A stretch of DNA of 64,000 bases from Planctomycetaceae bacterium (GTDB lineage Bacteria; Planctomycetota; SZUA-567): contig JAJPXZ010000103.1 of the NCBI GenBank assembly GCA_021205245.1, positions 10,575-74,574 on the forward strand, in the 5' to 3' direction. This document shows, piece after piece, positions 19,041 to 33,659 of the stretch. Position 1 is the first letter of the stretch. Each line of letters opens with the position of its first letter. The position numbers and the translations under genes are program-made. The notes under the pieces were generated by a model. That model was not told where the DNA came from. It worked only from the letters and a program-made list of their open reading frames with translations, and searched no databases.

Positions 19041-19095
19041 GTCACCCCGGCGTGCGGACTTCCATGGGGTCCACGGGAAAGACAGTGACGGCACC
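19041..19095 (+). repeat. Family-1 hairpin repeat, copy R1 (internally shortened)
   Basis: GTCACCCCGGCGTGCGGACTTCCATGGGGTCCACGGGAAAGACAGTGACGGCACC. It shares its 5' and 3' blocks with R3 and R6 but lacks the central GGGCGGTTCGGCC segment. Confidence 0.7.
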
Positions 19096-19159
19096 TCTCT
19101 CAGGTGGTTGCCGCGTAGGGCTTCCTACAGTGACCGTTCGGAGCGTGGACGACCAGCGG

Positions 19160-19651
19160 TTAGAGGTTGTCGAGAATTCGTATCGGATTGCCATGATCCT
19201 CTATAATGCGGAGGATGTCGTCGTACCGGAGGCACACGGTGATGGTGTTGTCGTTCGGGTGGACGCCGAGGCGCTTGGCTTCGGCCAGCGAAGCGTCGAC
19301 GACGACCTCCACTTCGGCCTTCTCGTCATTCAGGATGGAGAAAGGCGACACCGCCCCGCGCTCAACCCGGAGGTAGCGGTTCAGGCGGTCGGCCGAAGCG
19401 AACGACAGCCTGCCAGCTCCAAGGAGGTCGCCGAGCCGACGCAAATCGGCGGGCCGGTCCAGGGCCATGACGACGAGAAAATGCCGTTTCCCTTTACTAT
19501 CGCGGAGAAACAGGTTTTTGGCTATCCGGACATCGTCCGGAAACGGCAGGGCCGCCATATCCTCGGCGGTATAGGCGGCCTCGTGTTCGATACATTCGTA
19601 CGGAATCCGCAACCGGTCCAGCGTCTCGTAGACAATGGCCTGGCCGCGCAT
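19160..19651 (-). CDS. YbaK/ProX-type aminoacyl-tRNA editing domain protein
   Basis: 163-aa ORF with prolyl-tRNA-synthetase-associated domain features (KNLFLRDSKGKRHFLVV, GAVSPF). Confidence 0.7.
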   Translation of the reverse strand: MRGQAIVYETLDRLRIPYECIEHEAAYTAEDMAALPFPDDVRIAKNLFLRDSKGKRHFLVVMALDRPADLRRLGDLLGAGRLSFASADRLNRYLRVERGAVSPFSILNDEKAEVEVVVDASLAEAKRLGVHPNDNTITVCLRYDDILRIIEDHGNPIRILDNL

Positions 19652-19653
19652 GG

Positions 19654-19974
19654 TCAGCGGTTCTCCTTCGTCAGGTAGCCACGGTCGTTGACGCCGACCT
19701 GGCCCTGGCGCTGTTGGGCATCGTTGCCGGTGGAGACGATGGTGTCGGCGAGGTCGTTGCGGCCTTGGCGGAAGGCCTGCCGGGCCTGCGGGTCATTGCC
19801 GTAATAGTCGTTATACTCCGGCTCAACATATTCGCGCATATAATGATCGGCGCTGCGGGCGGCCTGGCGGCGGCCCTGGTTTGCGGCAAATGATCCCAGG
19901 CAACCGGCCAGGAACACCGGCGCGGTGAGGACGGCGACAAGGAGCAGGGTTTTGGCAGCCATGGTTTTCTCCAT
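19654..19974 (-). CDS. Small lipoprotein, function unknown
   Basis: Signal peptide with lipobox (LLLVAVLTAPVFLAGC). It sits 3 nt upstream of the YbaK-like gene. ATG 19962 is an alternative start. Confidence 0.55.
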   Translation of the reverse strand: MEKTMAAKTLLLVAVLTAPVFLAGCLGSFAANQGRRQAARSADHYMREYVEPEYNDYYGNDPQARQAFRQGRNDLADTIVSTGNDAQQRQGQVGVNDRGYLTKENR

Positions 19975-20206
19975 GAGGGTATCCTGTAAGCAGACCCTTT
20001 TACCCTGATAAAATCAAGGGAAAAACCCGGACGAGGTTGGGTCAAAATGACACGGCGACATGCCATTCCATCTGGTCGCGAATGGGAAAGCGGGTATGGA
20101 GACAAAAAAAGTTATTTGTCGTTACTTATCGTAACTATTTGCTATATGGTTTAATACGTTTGAGTGGAACGGAATCGGGCATCGTCTTCGCAATCCCTTG
20201 CCATGT

Positions 20207-20222
20207 TGGCAGATAATTTGCT
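20207..20222 (+). promoter_or_regulatory. Sigma-54-type -24/-12 promoter element upstream of groEL1
   Basis: TGGCAG-ATAAT-TTGCT matches TGGCAC-N5-TTGCW with the correct GG-N10-GC spacing. It lies about 155 nt upstream of the groEL1 ATG. Confidence 0.45.
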
Positions 20223-20376
20223 AAATTACGATCACGAGAGCCGTATGGCGCTTATGGAGCCCGTCCCCGGACTCCATACTCTTTTTGTTGCGTCGTGGCG
20301 GCCATAAGGCATGGGGACATCTACTGTTTAAATTTTTCGTTTAGGTTCTCTTTTACCAATTGTTAGGAGGAAACGC

Positions 20377-22035
<1,659 letters not shown>

Positions 22036-22090
22036 ACCGCAACCAATATTTAATAATGAATAATTAAATAATTCTATTGAGGAGATTCAG

Positions 22091-22423
22091 ATGTCCAAGA
22101 AGAACGAGAAGAGCTGTGGATGCGGTTGTGGCTGTGGCAACAAGTTGCAGCCCCTTGACGATCGTATCGTCGTGAAGCGTCTCGACGCCGAAGAGAAAAC
22201 CGCCGGCGGCATCATCCTTCCCGATGCAGCCAAGGAAAAGCCCCAGCGCGGCGAAATCATCGCTGTAGGCCCCGGCAAGCTACTTGACTCAGGCACACGT
22301 GCAACTCCCGACGTCGTCGTCGGTGACACGGTTATTTTCGGCAAGTATTCCGGAACCGAAGTTAAGGTTGACGGGGTTGAGCTTCTTATCATGCGTGAGA
22401 ATGACATCCTGGCGAAGCTCTAG
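22091..22423 (+). CDS. groES: Co-chaperonin GroES with Cys-Gly N-terminal extension
   Basis: 110 aa with SD GAGGAG. The GroES core is [28 protein letters not shown]...GEIIAVGPG. It is preceded by [16 protein letters not shown]. Confidence 0.95.
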   Translation: MSKKNEKSCGCGCGCGNKLQPLDDRIVVKRLDAEEKTAGGIILPDAAKEKPQRGEIIAVGPGKLLDSGTRATPDVVVGDTVIFGKYSGTEVKVDGVELLIMRENDILAKL

Positions 22424-22427
22424 ATGA

Positions 22428-22465
22428 GAATTCACAATTCACAATTCACAATGCATAATTATTCG
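22428..22465. repeat. Left inverted-repeat block of the four-helix-bundle cassette
   Basis: GAATTCACAATTCACAATTCACAATGCATAATTATTC is a 7-nt tandem (AATTCAC x3). It gives two overlapping copies of AATTCACAATT (22429-22439, 22436-22446). Confidence 0.8.
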
Positions 22466-22484
22466 GCAATGATTGAATGGGCCA

Positions 22485-22841
22485 ATGAAGACTGATAACG
22501 TCGTTGTGGACAAATCGAAGATTTTTGCCATACGCGTCGTCAAGCTCTATCGATATTTGGTTGAGCGTAAAAAGGAGGGTGTACTTTCCAAGCAGCTTTT
22601 GCGTAGCGGCACCAGTATTGGCGCAAATGTTAGGGAAGCGGTGCGTGCTCAAAGCAAGAACGATTTCGTCCATAAAATGAGTATCGCCCTTAAAGAAAGT
22701 GCCGAATCCGAGTATTGGCTCGAGCTCCTTTTCGAAGGCGAATATCTTACTGAAAAGCAGTTCAAAGATATCTACAACGATTGCTGTGAAGTATCGAAAC
22801 TGCTCATGGCCATCGTCAAAACTTCGAAGGCAAAGAAATAA
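22485..22841 (+). CDS. Four-helix-bundle protein (23S rRNA intervening-sequence protein / S23-like family)
   Basis: 118 aa from ATG 22485; the ORF track starts at TTG 22473. Family pattern: QLLRSGTSIGANVREA...SKNDFVHKMSIALKESAESEYWLELL. The gene is markedly AT-rich compared with its flanks. Confidence 0.8.
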   Translation: MKTDNVVVDKSKIFAIRVVKLYRYLVERKKEGVLSKQLLRSGTSIGANVREAVRAQSKNDFVHKMSIALKESAESEYWLELLFEGEYLTEKQFKDIYNDCCEVSKLLMAIVKTSKAKK

Positions 22842-22900
22842 TTGTGAATTGGTTAATTACACCATAATTGTGAATTATGAATTATTAATTGTGAATTAGA
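22838..22900. repeat. Right inverted-repeat block of the four-helix-bundle cassette
   Basis: Three copies of AATTGTGAATT (22841-22851, 22867-22877, 22888-22898). This is the exact reverse complement of the left-block AATTCACAATT. Confidence 0.8.
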
Positions 22901-22934
22901 ATCTCTCAAAAACATACTTATTAGGAGTCCATAA

Positions 22935-24557
<1,623 letters not shown>

Positions 24558-24609
24558 AAGCTGTAGGTAACCCGGTCCATACAGTTTTATGTGGTTTGCT
24601 TTTACCATT

Positions 24610-24637
24610 CCCCGGTCCCGGATTGCCGGGGCCGGGG
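24610..24637 (+). terminator. Possible terminator hairpin after groEL2
   Basis: CCCCGGTCCCGG-ATTG-CCGGGGCCGGGG is a 12-bp stem with one mismatch. No clear T-tract follows. Confidence 0.35.
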
Positions 24638-24773
24638 AAATGTGTTAAGAAATGGGTAGACTGAAGGCACGCCGCCCCGCGCGGCGTCGCCCACAGTTAA
24701 GGATTAACCTCTTACGTGGTCAGGGGAAAGGGTCAGCGGAGTGACAGGTTTGTAGGAATGACCCGCGAATTGA

Positions 24774-25988
<1,215 letters not shown>

Positions 25989-26029
25989 AATAAAAGAAAA
26001 CAGACTTGAGGGAAAGTTTGAGAGGATAG

Positions 26030-26782
26030 ATGATGAGCGATAAACAGAGCAGAAGGCACAGAAAAGGCACACGCCCGTTCATGCCCCTGCACGGACACCG
26101 GCCGGTTCCCCACAAAGGTCCAGGGGCAGAACCCGATACGGTCATGCATGTCGGAGCCGATGCCATGATAGATGATGTCAACACCCAGTCAGATGAACAA
26201 CGCCTGCGCGCCGCTCACGGGCTGCCGCAGAACGACGCCGCCCCGAAGCCGGAAGCGGCGGGCGAAAGCGCCGGCGGCCCCACCGCCGAAACCGCCTCCG
26301 AATCGGCTCCTGGCAAAGGCAGTCAGACTCTCGAGCAGGTAATCGCCGAGCGCGATGCCTACCTCGACCTGGCCAGGCGCGAGCGGGCCGATTTCGATAA
26401 CTACCGCAAGCGGGTCGAACGGGAAAAACAACAGTTGAAGCGCGAGAGCCTTGCCAGCTTCCTGAAGGAATTCTTCGCCCCCCTGGACGATATGGATCGG
26501 GTGCTGGCGGAGAGCGTCAAAAACCATTCCTTCGAGTCGCTGGTCACCGGCGTCCGCATTATGGAAGAAAACTTCTGGCGCGTTCTCGCCAAGGCCGGCG
26601 TCAGGAAAATCGACGCCATGGGCAAGAATTTCGACCCAGCCATGCACGAAGCCATGACTACCGTCCCGACGGACGAAGTGCCGCCGAACACGGTGGTGGA
26701 AGTTTTCGACAACGGGTATAAATTGGACGATTTTATTCTCCGGCCAGCGCGGGTGGTGGTGAGCCGCGCACCGGATGCGTAA
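26030..26782 (+). CDS. grpE: Nucleotide exchange factor GrpE
   Basis: SD GAGAGGA. GrpE core: RERADFDNYRKRVEREK ... FDPAMHEAM. A long, low-complexity N-terminal region precedes it, so the start is not certain. Confidence 0.85.
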   Translation: MMSDKQSRRHRKGTRPFMPLHGHRPVPHKGPGAEPDTVMHVGADAMIDDVNTQSDEQRLRAAHGLPQNDAAPKPEAAGESAGGPTAETASESAPGKGSQTLEQVIAERDAYLDLARRERADFDNYRKRVEREKQQLKRESLASFLKEFFAPLDDMDRVLAESVKNHSFESLVTGVRIMEENFWRVLAKAGVRKIDAMGKNFDPAMHEAMTTVPTDEVPPNTVVEVFDNGYKLDDFILRPARVVVSRAPDA

Positions 26783-26832
26783 TAGATCAATACACTAGGC
26801 AGAGTTTTTAAATAAGAGGGAAAGGCCGGGAA

Positions 26833-27141
26833 ATGCCCACGTACGAATACGAGTGCGAAGCGTGCGGACACGCTTTTGAAGAATTCCAGTCCATGTCCGC
26901 GAAGCCATTGAAGAAATGCCCCGAGTGTTCGAAGAACAAGCTGATCCGCCTCATCGGGTCGGGCGCGGGGATTATCTTCAAGGGAAGCGGCTTCTACGAA
27001 ACGGATTATAAGCGGAAAGACCAGCCGAGGCCTTCGGAATCGAAGCCGAGCACGTCGACGCCGTCCGAAAAACCGGCTGCGTCGAAGTCGGAGGGGACAT
27101 CCTCGTCCGGCGGCGAGTCCAAGACAGCCAAGGCTTCCTGA
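26833..27141 (+). CDS. FmdB-family zinc-ribbon protein
   Basis: MPTYEYECEACGHAFE...CPECS (CxxC...CxxC), followed by a Ser/Pro/Lys-rich tail. Confidence 0.8.
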   Translation: MPTYEYECEACGHAFEEFQSMSAKPLKKCPECSKNKLIRLIGSGAGIIFKGSGFYETDYKRKDQPRPSESKPSTSTPSEKPAASKSEGTSSSGGESKTAKAS

Positions 27142-27142
27142 G

Positions 27143-28579
27143 GTGCTGCTCCGTAGCATGGCCGAGGCTGGCCAACAATACGACGTCGTGGTGATAGGCG
27201 GCGGTCTGGGCGGCATGACCGCCGCCAAGCGTCTTGCCGATGCGGGCAGGTCGGTGTTGTTGGTCGAGAAGTATTCGCGTCTGGGCGGTTTTGCCACCTG
27301 GTTTAAGCGGAAAGGCCACGTTTTCGATGTCGCCTTGCACGCTTTCCCGGTAGGGATGGCGAAGACGCTTCGTAAATATTGGAGCAAGGAACTGGCGGCG
27401 CGGGTCATGCCGTTGCCGCGCATCGTCTATAACAATCCCGAATTCGCCTTTACCACCACCTTTGAGACCGGGGATTTTAAGCGCATCCTGCGGGAGCGTT
27501 TCGGCATCGCCGATGAGCAGAGCGAGGCGTTTTTCGCCGCATGCCGGGACATGGAATTCTATGCCGACGCGCCGTTGACCACGCGCGAGTTCTTCGAAAA
27601 GTTCTTCCCCGGCCGGCTCGACGTCATGCGGGTTTTGCTCGAGACCGTCACCTACGCCACCGGCACCAACTTGGACGACCCCGCCACCGTCTACGCCATC
27701 ATCTTCTCGAACTTTGCCCAAAAGGGCACCCATACCTTCAAGGGCGGCACCGACTATCTTCTGGCCGAAATGCAGCGTCTGCTCCTGGAGTCCGGCGTCG
27801 ACATCTGTCTCCGCACCGAAGTCGATACCATCGAGGTCGAAAACGGCCGTGCGGTGGGGATATCCGCTTCCGGTCTGAATGTGTCGGCGCGTGCGGTTGT
27901 TTCGAACGCCAATCTTAAAAAGACTATCCTGGAACTCATGGACATGCCGGCCGTTTATCCGCCTTTCGCCGACGAAGTGCGCGAGGTGCCGCTGTCGGTA
28001 TCGGTAACCCAGGTGTATATGGGCGTTCGTCCGGGCGAGACCATCCCGGAGATTGCCGACATTCTTTTCTCGTCCACCGAACCGAAGTACGACGCTTCCG
28101 CGTTCCGCGCTTTCCCACCGCGCAGCATTTCCTATTCGTTCTATTACCCGAACCACGTCCGGCCCGATTACGACGGGACCGAGATCGTCGCCTCCATGTG
28201 TTCCGATTATGACGATTGGGACGGATTGTCGGAGGAGGAATACGCCCAGCAAAAAGGCGTGCTGGTGGACGCGGTGTTGCAGGATCTTTCCCGCTACCTA
28301 CCCGGCATTAACACCAAACTCGATCATATCGAAGCCGCCACGCCGAAGACGCTCGAACGCTTCACCGGCCATTGGCGCGGAGCCAGCTTCGGCACCAAGT
28401 TTTCCGGCTTTCTCGCTGCCGAACGGCTTCCCGAAGTGGTCAAGGGTGCGTTCCATTGCGGCTCCCAAGGCATCCTCATGTCTGGCTGGCTCGGCTCGGC
28501 CAACTGCGGTGCGCTGGTGGCCGGCAAGGTCGACGCCTTCCTGGATTCCCAAAGCGCCACCCCCGATTCCCTGGTCTAG
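27143..28579 (+). CDS. FAD/NAD(P)-dependent oxidoreductase (phytoene desaturase/CrtI-like family)
   Basis: Rossmann dinucleotide motif YDVVVIGGGLGGMTAA. GTG 27143 is taken from the ORF track; ATG 27158 is a plausible alternative start. Confidence 0.7.
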   Translation: MLLRSMAEAGQQYDVVVIGGGLGGMTAAKRLADAGRSVLLVEKYSRLGGFATWFKRKGHVFDVALHAFPVGMAKTLRKYWSKELAARVMPLPRIVYNNPEFAFTTTFETGDFKRILRERFGIADEQSEAFFAACRDMEFYADAPLTTREFFEKFFPGRLDVMRVLLETVTYATGTNLDDPATVYAIIFSNFAQKGTHTFKGGTDYLLAEMQRLLLESGVDICLRTEVDTIEVENGRAVGISASGLNVSARAVVSNANLKKTILELMDMPAVYPPFADEVREVPLSVSVTQVYMGVRPGETIPEIADILFSSTEPKYDASAFRAFPPRSISYSFYYPNHVRPDYDGTEIVASMCSDYDDWDGLSEEEYAQQKGVLVDAVLQDLSRYLPGINTKLDHIEAATPKTLERFTGHWRGASFGTKFSGFLAAERLPEVVKGAFHCGSQGILMSGWLGSANCGALVAGKVDAFLDSQSATPDSLV

Positions 28580-28621
28580 CCGGGGTTCGATTTAGCCATC
28601 CCCACGCAAGGAGAGACCGTC

Positions 28622-29152
28622 ATGCTGAAAAAAGAAGAGGAAATCCGCGACAAAGCAGTCATGGATGTTGCCCAGGAGGTAATGCTGGCCATTCGCACCG
28701 CGCCGAAGACGCGCGGTCTCGACAAGCTCACCGTTCTCGTTGCCGACGGCGACGAAAAGGAAGCGCTGGTCGCGAAGCTGGATGAACTGTACGAACAGTC
28801 GGGTGGCCAGCGCGCTTCGTTTGCGCGCGACGCCAGGAACCTGCAGAACGCGCAGGCCGTTGTTATCATCGGCGTCAGCGCCGATCCCTATGGTTTGAAC
28901 TGCGGCTATTGCGGCTACGACACATGTGCCGAGAAGCCAAAAGTCTCGCCCTGCGCCTTCTCCAGTATCGACCTCGGCATCGGCTCCGGCGTCGCCGCCA
29001 GCCTGCTTGGGCAAAAGCACATCGACAACCGGATGATGTTCAGCGTCGGGTATGCGTCGCTGCGGATGGGCTGGTTCGGCCCCGAAGTCACCCAGGCCCT
29101 CGCCTTCCCGTTGAGCGCTTCAGGCAAAAACATCTTCTTCGACCGTAAGTAG
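28622..29152 (+). CDS. DUF2148-type ferredoxin-like domain protein
   Basis: 176 aa with SD AAGGAGAG. It has the conserved CGYCGYDTC cysteine cluster and a family-typical N-terminus (AIRTAPKTRG). Confidence 0.6.
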   Translation: MLKKEEEIRDKAVMDVAQEVMLAIRTAPKTRGLDKLTVLVADGDEKEALVAKLDELYEQSGGQRASFARDARNLQNAQAVVIIGVSADPYGLNCGYCGYDTCAEKPKVSPCAFSSIDLGIGSGVAASLLGQKHIDNRMMFSVGYASLRMGWFGPEVTQALAFPLSASGKNIFFDRK

Positions 29153-29167
29153 AGATGGAGCAGTGAA

Positions 29168-29252
29168 TGGTGCATCCACCGTTCAGCCCTGTGGATTCCG
29201 GCCGAACCGCCCGTTACTGCCCTGGTGAGGGTATAGACGCCGGAATGACGTG
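29168..29252 (-). repeat. Family-1 hairpin repeat, copy R2 (compensatory variant)
   Basis: The reverse complement reads GTCATTCCGGCG...GGGCGGTTCGGCCGGAATCCACAGGG. Both stem arms carry matched changes relative to the other copies (ACCCCGGC/GCCGGGGT becomes ATTCCGGC/GCCGGAAT). Confidence 0.75.
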
Positions 29253-29321
29253 AATGGTGGATGGAACGCTTCGTGTTGGGATACCGCGTTTTTTCTGCCG
29301 AAACGGTCTCGCCCACCCTTA

Positions 29322-29404
29322 CCGTCACCCCGGCGTGCGGACCTCCATCAGCGGGCACACGGGCGGTTCGGCCGGGGTCCACGGGGATAGACGGCGACGG
29401 CACC
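29322..29404 (+). repeat. Family-1 hairpin repeat, copy R3
   Basis: CCGTCACCCCGGCGTGCGGACCTCCATCAGCGGGCACACGGGCGGTTCGGCCGGGGTCCACGGGGATAGACGGCGACGGCACC. Confidence 0.8.
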
Positions 29405-29554
29405 AAACTTATTTGGTACCGTCGGAATATAGGCCAAACCACGACAGACGGAAGCCCGAGAGGCTTCCGTCTGCGCTTTGAGGTTGCCCACGCCCCGCAT
29501 TACGGCTAAAATTGATTCCTTCGAAAACACAGTACTTGAACTGAGGGGCATATC

Positions 29555-30295
29555 GTGACATTCGACTTTTACGATCAAACCGCCGTCGTGACCGGCGGCA
29601 CCAGGGGGATTGGCCGCGCCGTGGCGGAAGCGTTTCTCAATGCGGGCGCAGACGTCATCTGCCTCTACGGCGGCGATGAAGCCGCCGCCGACCGCATGCG
29701 CGAGGAATTCGCGACTGTCGGCGGGCTGACTATTCAGAAATTGGACGTCTCGGACGCCGATGCGGTCCGGGACTTTTGGCGTGGACTGGAGAAGGACGAA
29801 ATCTATCCGGAAATCGTCGTCAACAGCGCCGGCATCCGCCGCGACAACGTCCTCGCCATGATGCCGGAGGAAGACTGGCGTCGGGTCATGGACGTCAATC
29901 TTGGCGGCGTTTTTACCATGTGCAAATACGCGGTCCAGGCCATGAGCGGCCGCCGCTACGGTCGCATCGTCAATATGACCAGCCCAAGCGGCCAGCTCGG
30001 CTTTGAAGGCCAGGCCAACTACGCCGCCTCGAAGGCGGGCATGGTGGCGTTGTCGAAGAGCTTGTCGAAGGAAGTCGCCCGCCGCAACATCACGGTCAAC
30101 TGCGTCTCGCCCGGCTTTATCGATACCGACTTTATCCGCGACCTCCCCGAGGACCAGGCCAAACGCTACAAGCAGATGGTGCCGCTGCGTCGCTTCGGCA
30201 AGGCGCAGGAAGTCGCCGACGCGGTCCTTTTCCTGGCGTCGAAGGAATCCGCCTATATCACCGGTGCGACCCTCGACATCACCGGCGGCCTGTAG
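29555..30295 (+). CDS. fabG: 3-oxoacyl-ACP reductase-like SDR
   Basis: 246 aa with a GTG start after GAGGGG. Motifs: TGGTRGIG, NSAG, catalytic YAASK, and a FabG-like C-terminus (ITGATLDITGG). Confidence 0.7.
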   Translation: MTFDFYDQTAVVTGGTRGIGRAVAEAFLNAGADVICLYGGDEAAADRMREEFATVGGLTIQKLDVSDADAVRDFWRGLEKDEIYPEIVVNSAGIRRDNVLAMMPEEDWRRVMDVNLGGVFTMCKYAVQAMSGRRYGRIVNMTSPSGQLGFEGQANYAASKAGMVALSKSLSKEVARRNITVNCVSPGFIDTDFIRDLPEDQAKRYKQMVPLRRFGKAQEVADAVLFLASKESAYITGATLDITGGL

Positions 30296-30304
30296 GGGAA
30301 CGGC

Positions 30305-30753
30305 ATGAACCGCGACGAAATCGAACGACTCATTCCCCACCGCGCACCGTTCCTGCTTCTGGACGAGGTGACCGCCATCACCGCCGACTCGGTCGAGGCG
30401 GCGTATACGCTGCGGCCCGACGACGATCTGTGGTCGCGCATATACTCCGGGCATTATCCCGGCAGTCCCATCACCCCGGGCGTGCTGCTCTGTGAGATGC
30501 TGTTTCAGGCTTCGGCGGTGCTGCTTGGGCAGGTGGCTCGGGATGCCGGCCTGGCCGGTGTGCCGGTCGTGACCCGCATCACCAACGCCAAGTTCAAGTC
30601 GATGGTCATGCCGGGCGACACGGTGACGATCCGCGCCACGTTGAAAGAACGCCTCGCCAATGCCTTCTATATGAAGGGCGATGTCCGGGCCAACGGCAAG
30701 GTGTCGTTGCAGGCGGAGTTCGCGGTCGCGTTGGCGGAGGCGGGCGGTACGGC

Positions 30754-30757
<4 letters not shown>
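30305..30757 (+). CDS. FabA/FabZ-type hot-dog fold dehydratase
   Basis: 150 aa. It has the N-terminal IPHRAPFLLLDEV motif and HYPGSPITPGVLLCE. Confidence 0.75.
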
Positions 30758-32994
<2,237 letters not shown>

Positions 32995-33122
32995 AAGTCC
33001 ATAGCGAGGCCCGCGAGAAAAAAATAGAAAAATCTATTGCAAATTCACCCATATTTATGTTTTATAGAAAGAGTGGGGGAATGGCAAATTTTATATGGGC
33101 CCTCGGGAACTAGGGAGACAGG

Positions 33123-33569
33123 ATGAGAAAAAATCTAAAGAACATCGCCGCGCAACTGAGTGAGGACGACATCCAGGAGTTGATCCGCATCAAGAAAACC
33201 GGGGACAAGCGGCTGACGTCCCTCCGCAAAAAGCGGGACAAGGTTGCGGCGCAACTCGAAGCACTGGACGCCGAAATCGCCATGGTCGCCGGCGACGCCC
33301 CCGCCGCCAAACCCCGTCGCGGCCGCAAGCCGGCTGCTCCAGGCAAAAAGAAGCGTGGCACCAGGGTCAACCTCTCCGGCGCGGTACGTGACGTTATGGC
33401 CAAGTCCGGCGACCCCATGCGGGCGCGGGACATTGTCGACGGCCTGCCCGGAGCCGGCATCAAGGTCCGCGACGTCGCTGCCATGCGTAAGCGCGTATCT
33501 GTGGTTCTTGCCTCGCAGACAAATCATTTCGAGCAGGTGGAACGGGGTGTGTATCGCCTGAGAGATTAA
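33123..33569 (+). CDS. Small DNA-binding-like protein: coiled coil, AT-hook-like basic linker, HARE-HTH-type winged helix
   Basis: 148 aa with SD GGGAGACAGG. The central segment is AAKPRRGRKPAAPGKKKRG. The C-terminus (ARDIVDGL...FEQVERGVYRLR) resembles HARE-HTH domains. Assignment is by eye only. Confidence 0.5.
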   Translation: MRKNLKNIAAQLSEDDIQELIRIKKTGDKRLTSLRKKRDKVAAQLEALDAEIAMVAGDAPAAKPRRGRKPAAPGKKKRGTRVNLSGAVRDVMAKSGDPMRARDIVDGLPGAGIKVRDVAAMRKRVSVVLASQTNHFEQVERGVYRLRD

Positions 33570-33604
33570 TACAGCCGATTCTATTATGCATAGCGAATTG
33601 TTCT

Positions 33605-33633
33605 CGCCCTATTCTCAGGAATAGGGCGTTTTT
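33605..33633 (+). terminator. Rho-independent terminator
   Basis: CGCCCTATTC-TCAG-GAATAGGGCG is a perfect 10-bp stem followed by TTTTT. Confidence 0.75.
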
Positions 33634-33659
33634 GTTGCTCGTTGCGTGTTGCCGCGTCG

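Noticed and set aside
20100-20376. CIRCE/HrcA operator or a sigma-32 promoter upstream of the chaperonin genes. Also examined at 22036-22090, 22842-22934 and 24558-24836.
   Set aside because: No TTAGCACTC-N9-GAGTGCTAA-like inverted repeat and no CTTGAAA/CCCCAT pair were found by eye.
22473-22841. The four-helix-bundle gene as the Avd accessory protein of a diversity-generating retroelement.
   Set aside because: No reverse transcriptase gene and no template/variable repeat pair were found in the window. The flanking repeats are short AT-rich inverted repeats, not a TR/VR pair.
28584-28592. GGTTCGATT, a tRNA T-arm-like motif.
   Set aside because: No acceptor, D or anticodon arms can be built around it. 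It sits at the stop codon of the oxidoreductase gene.
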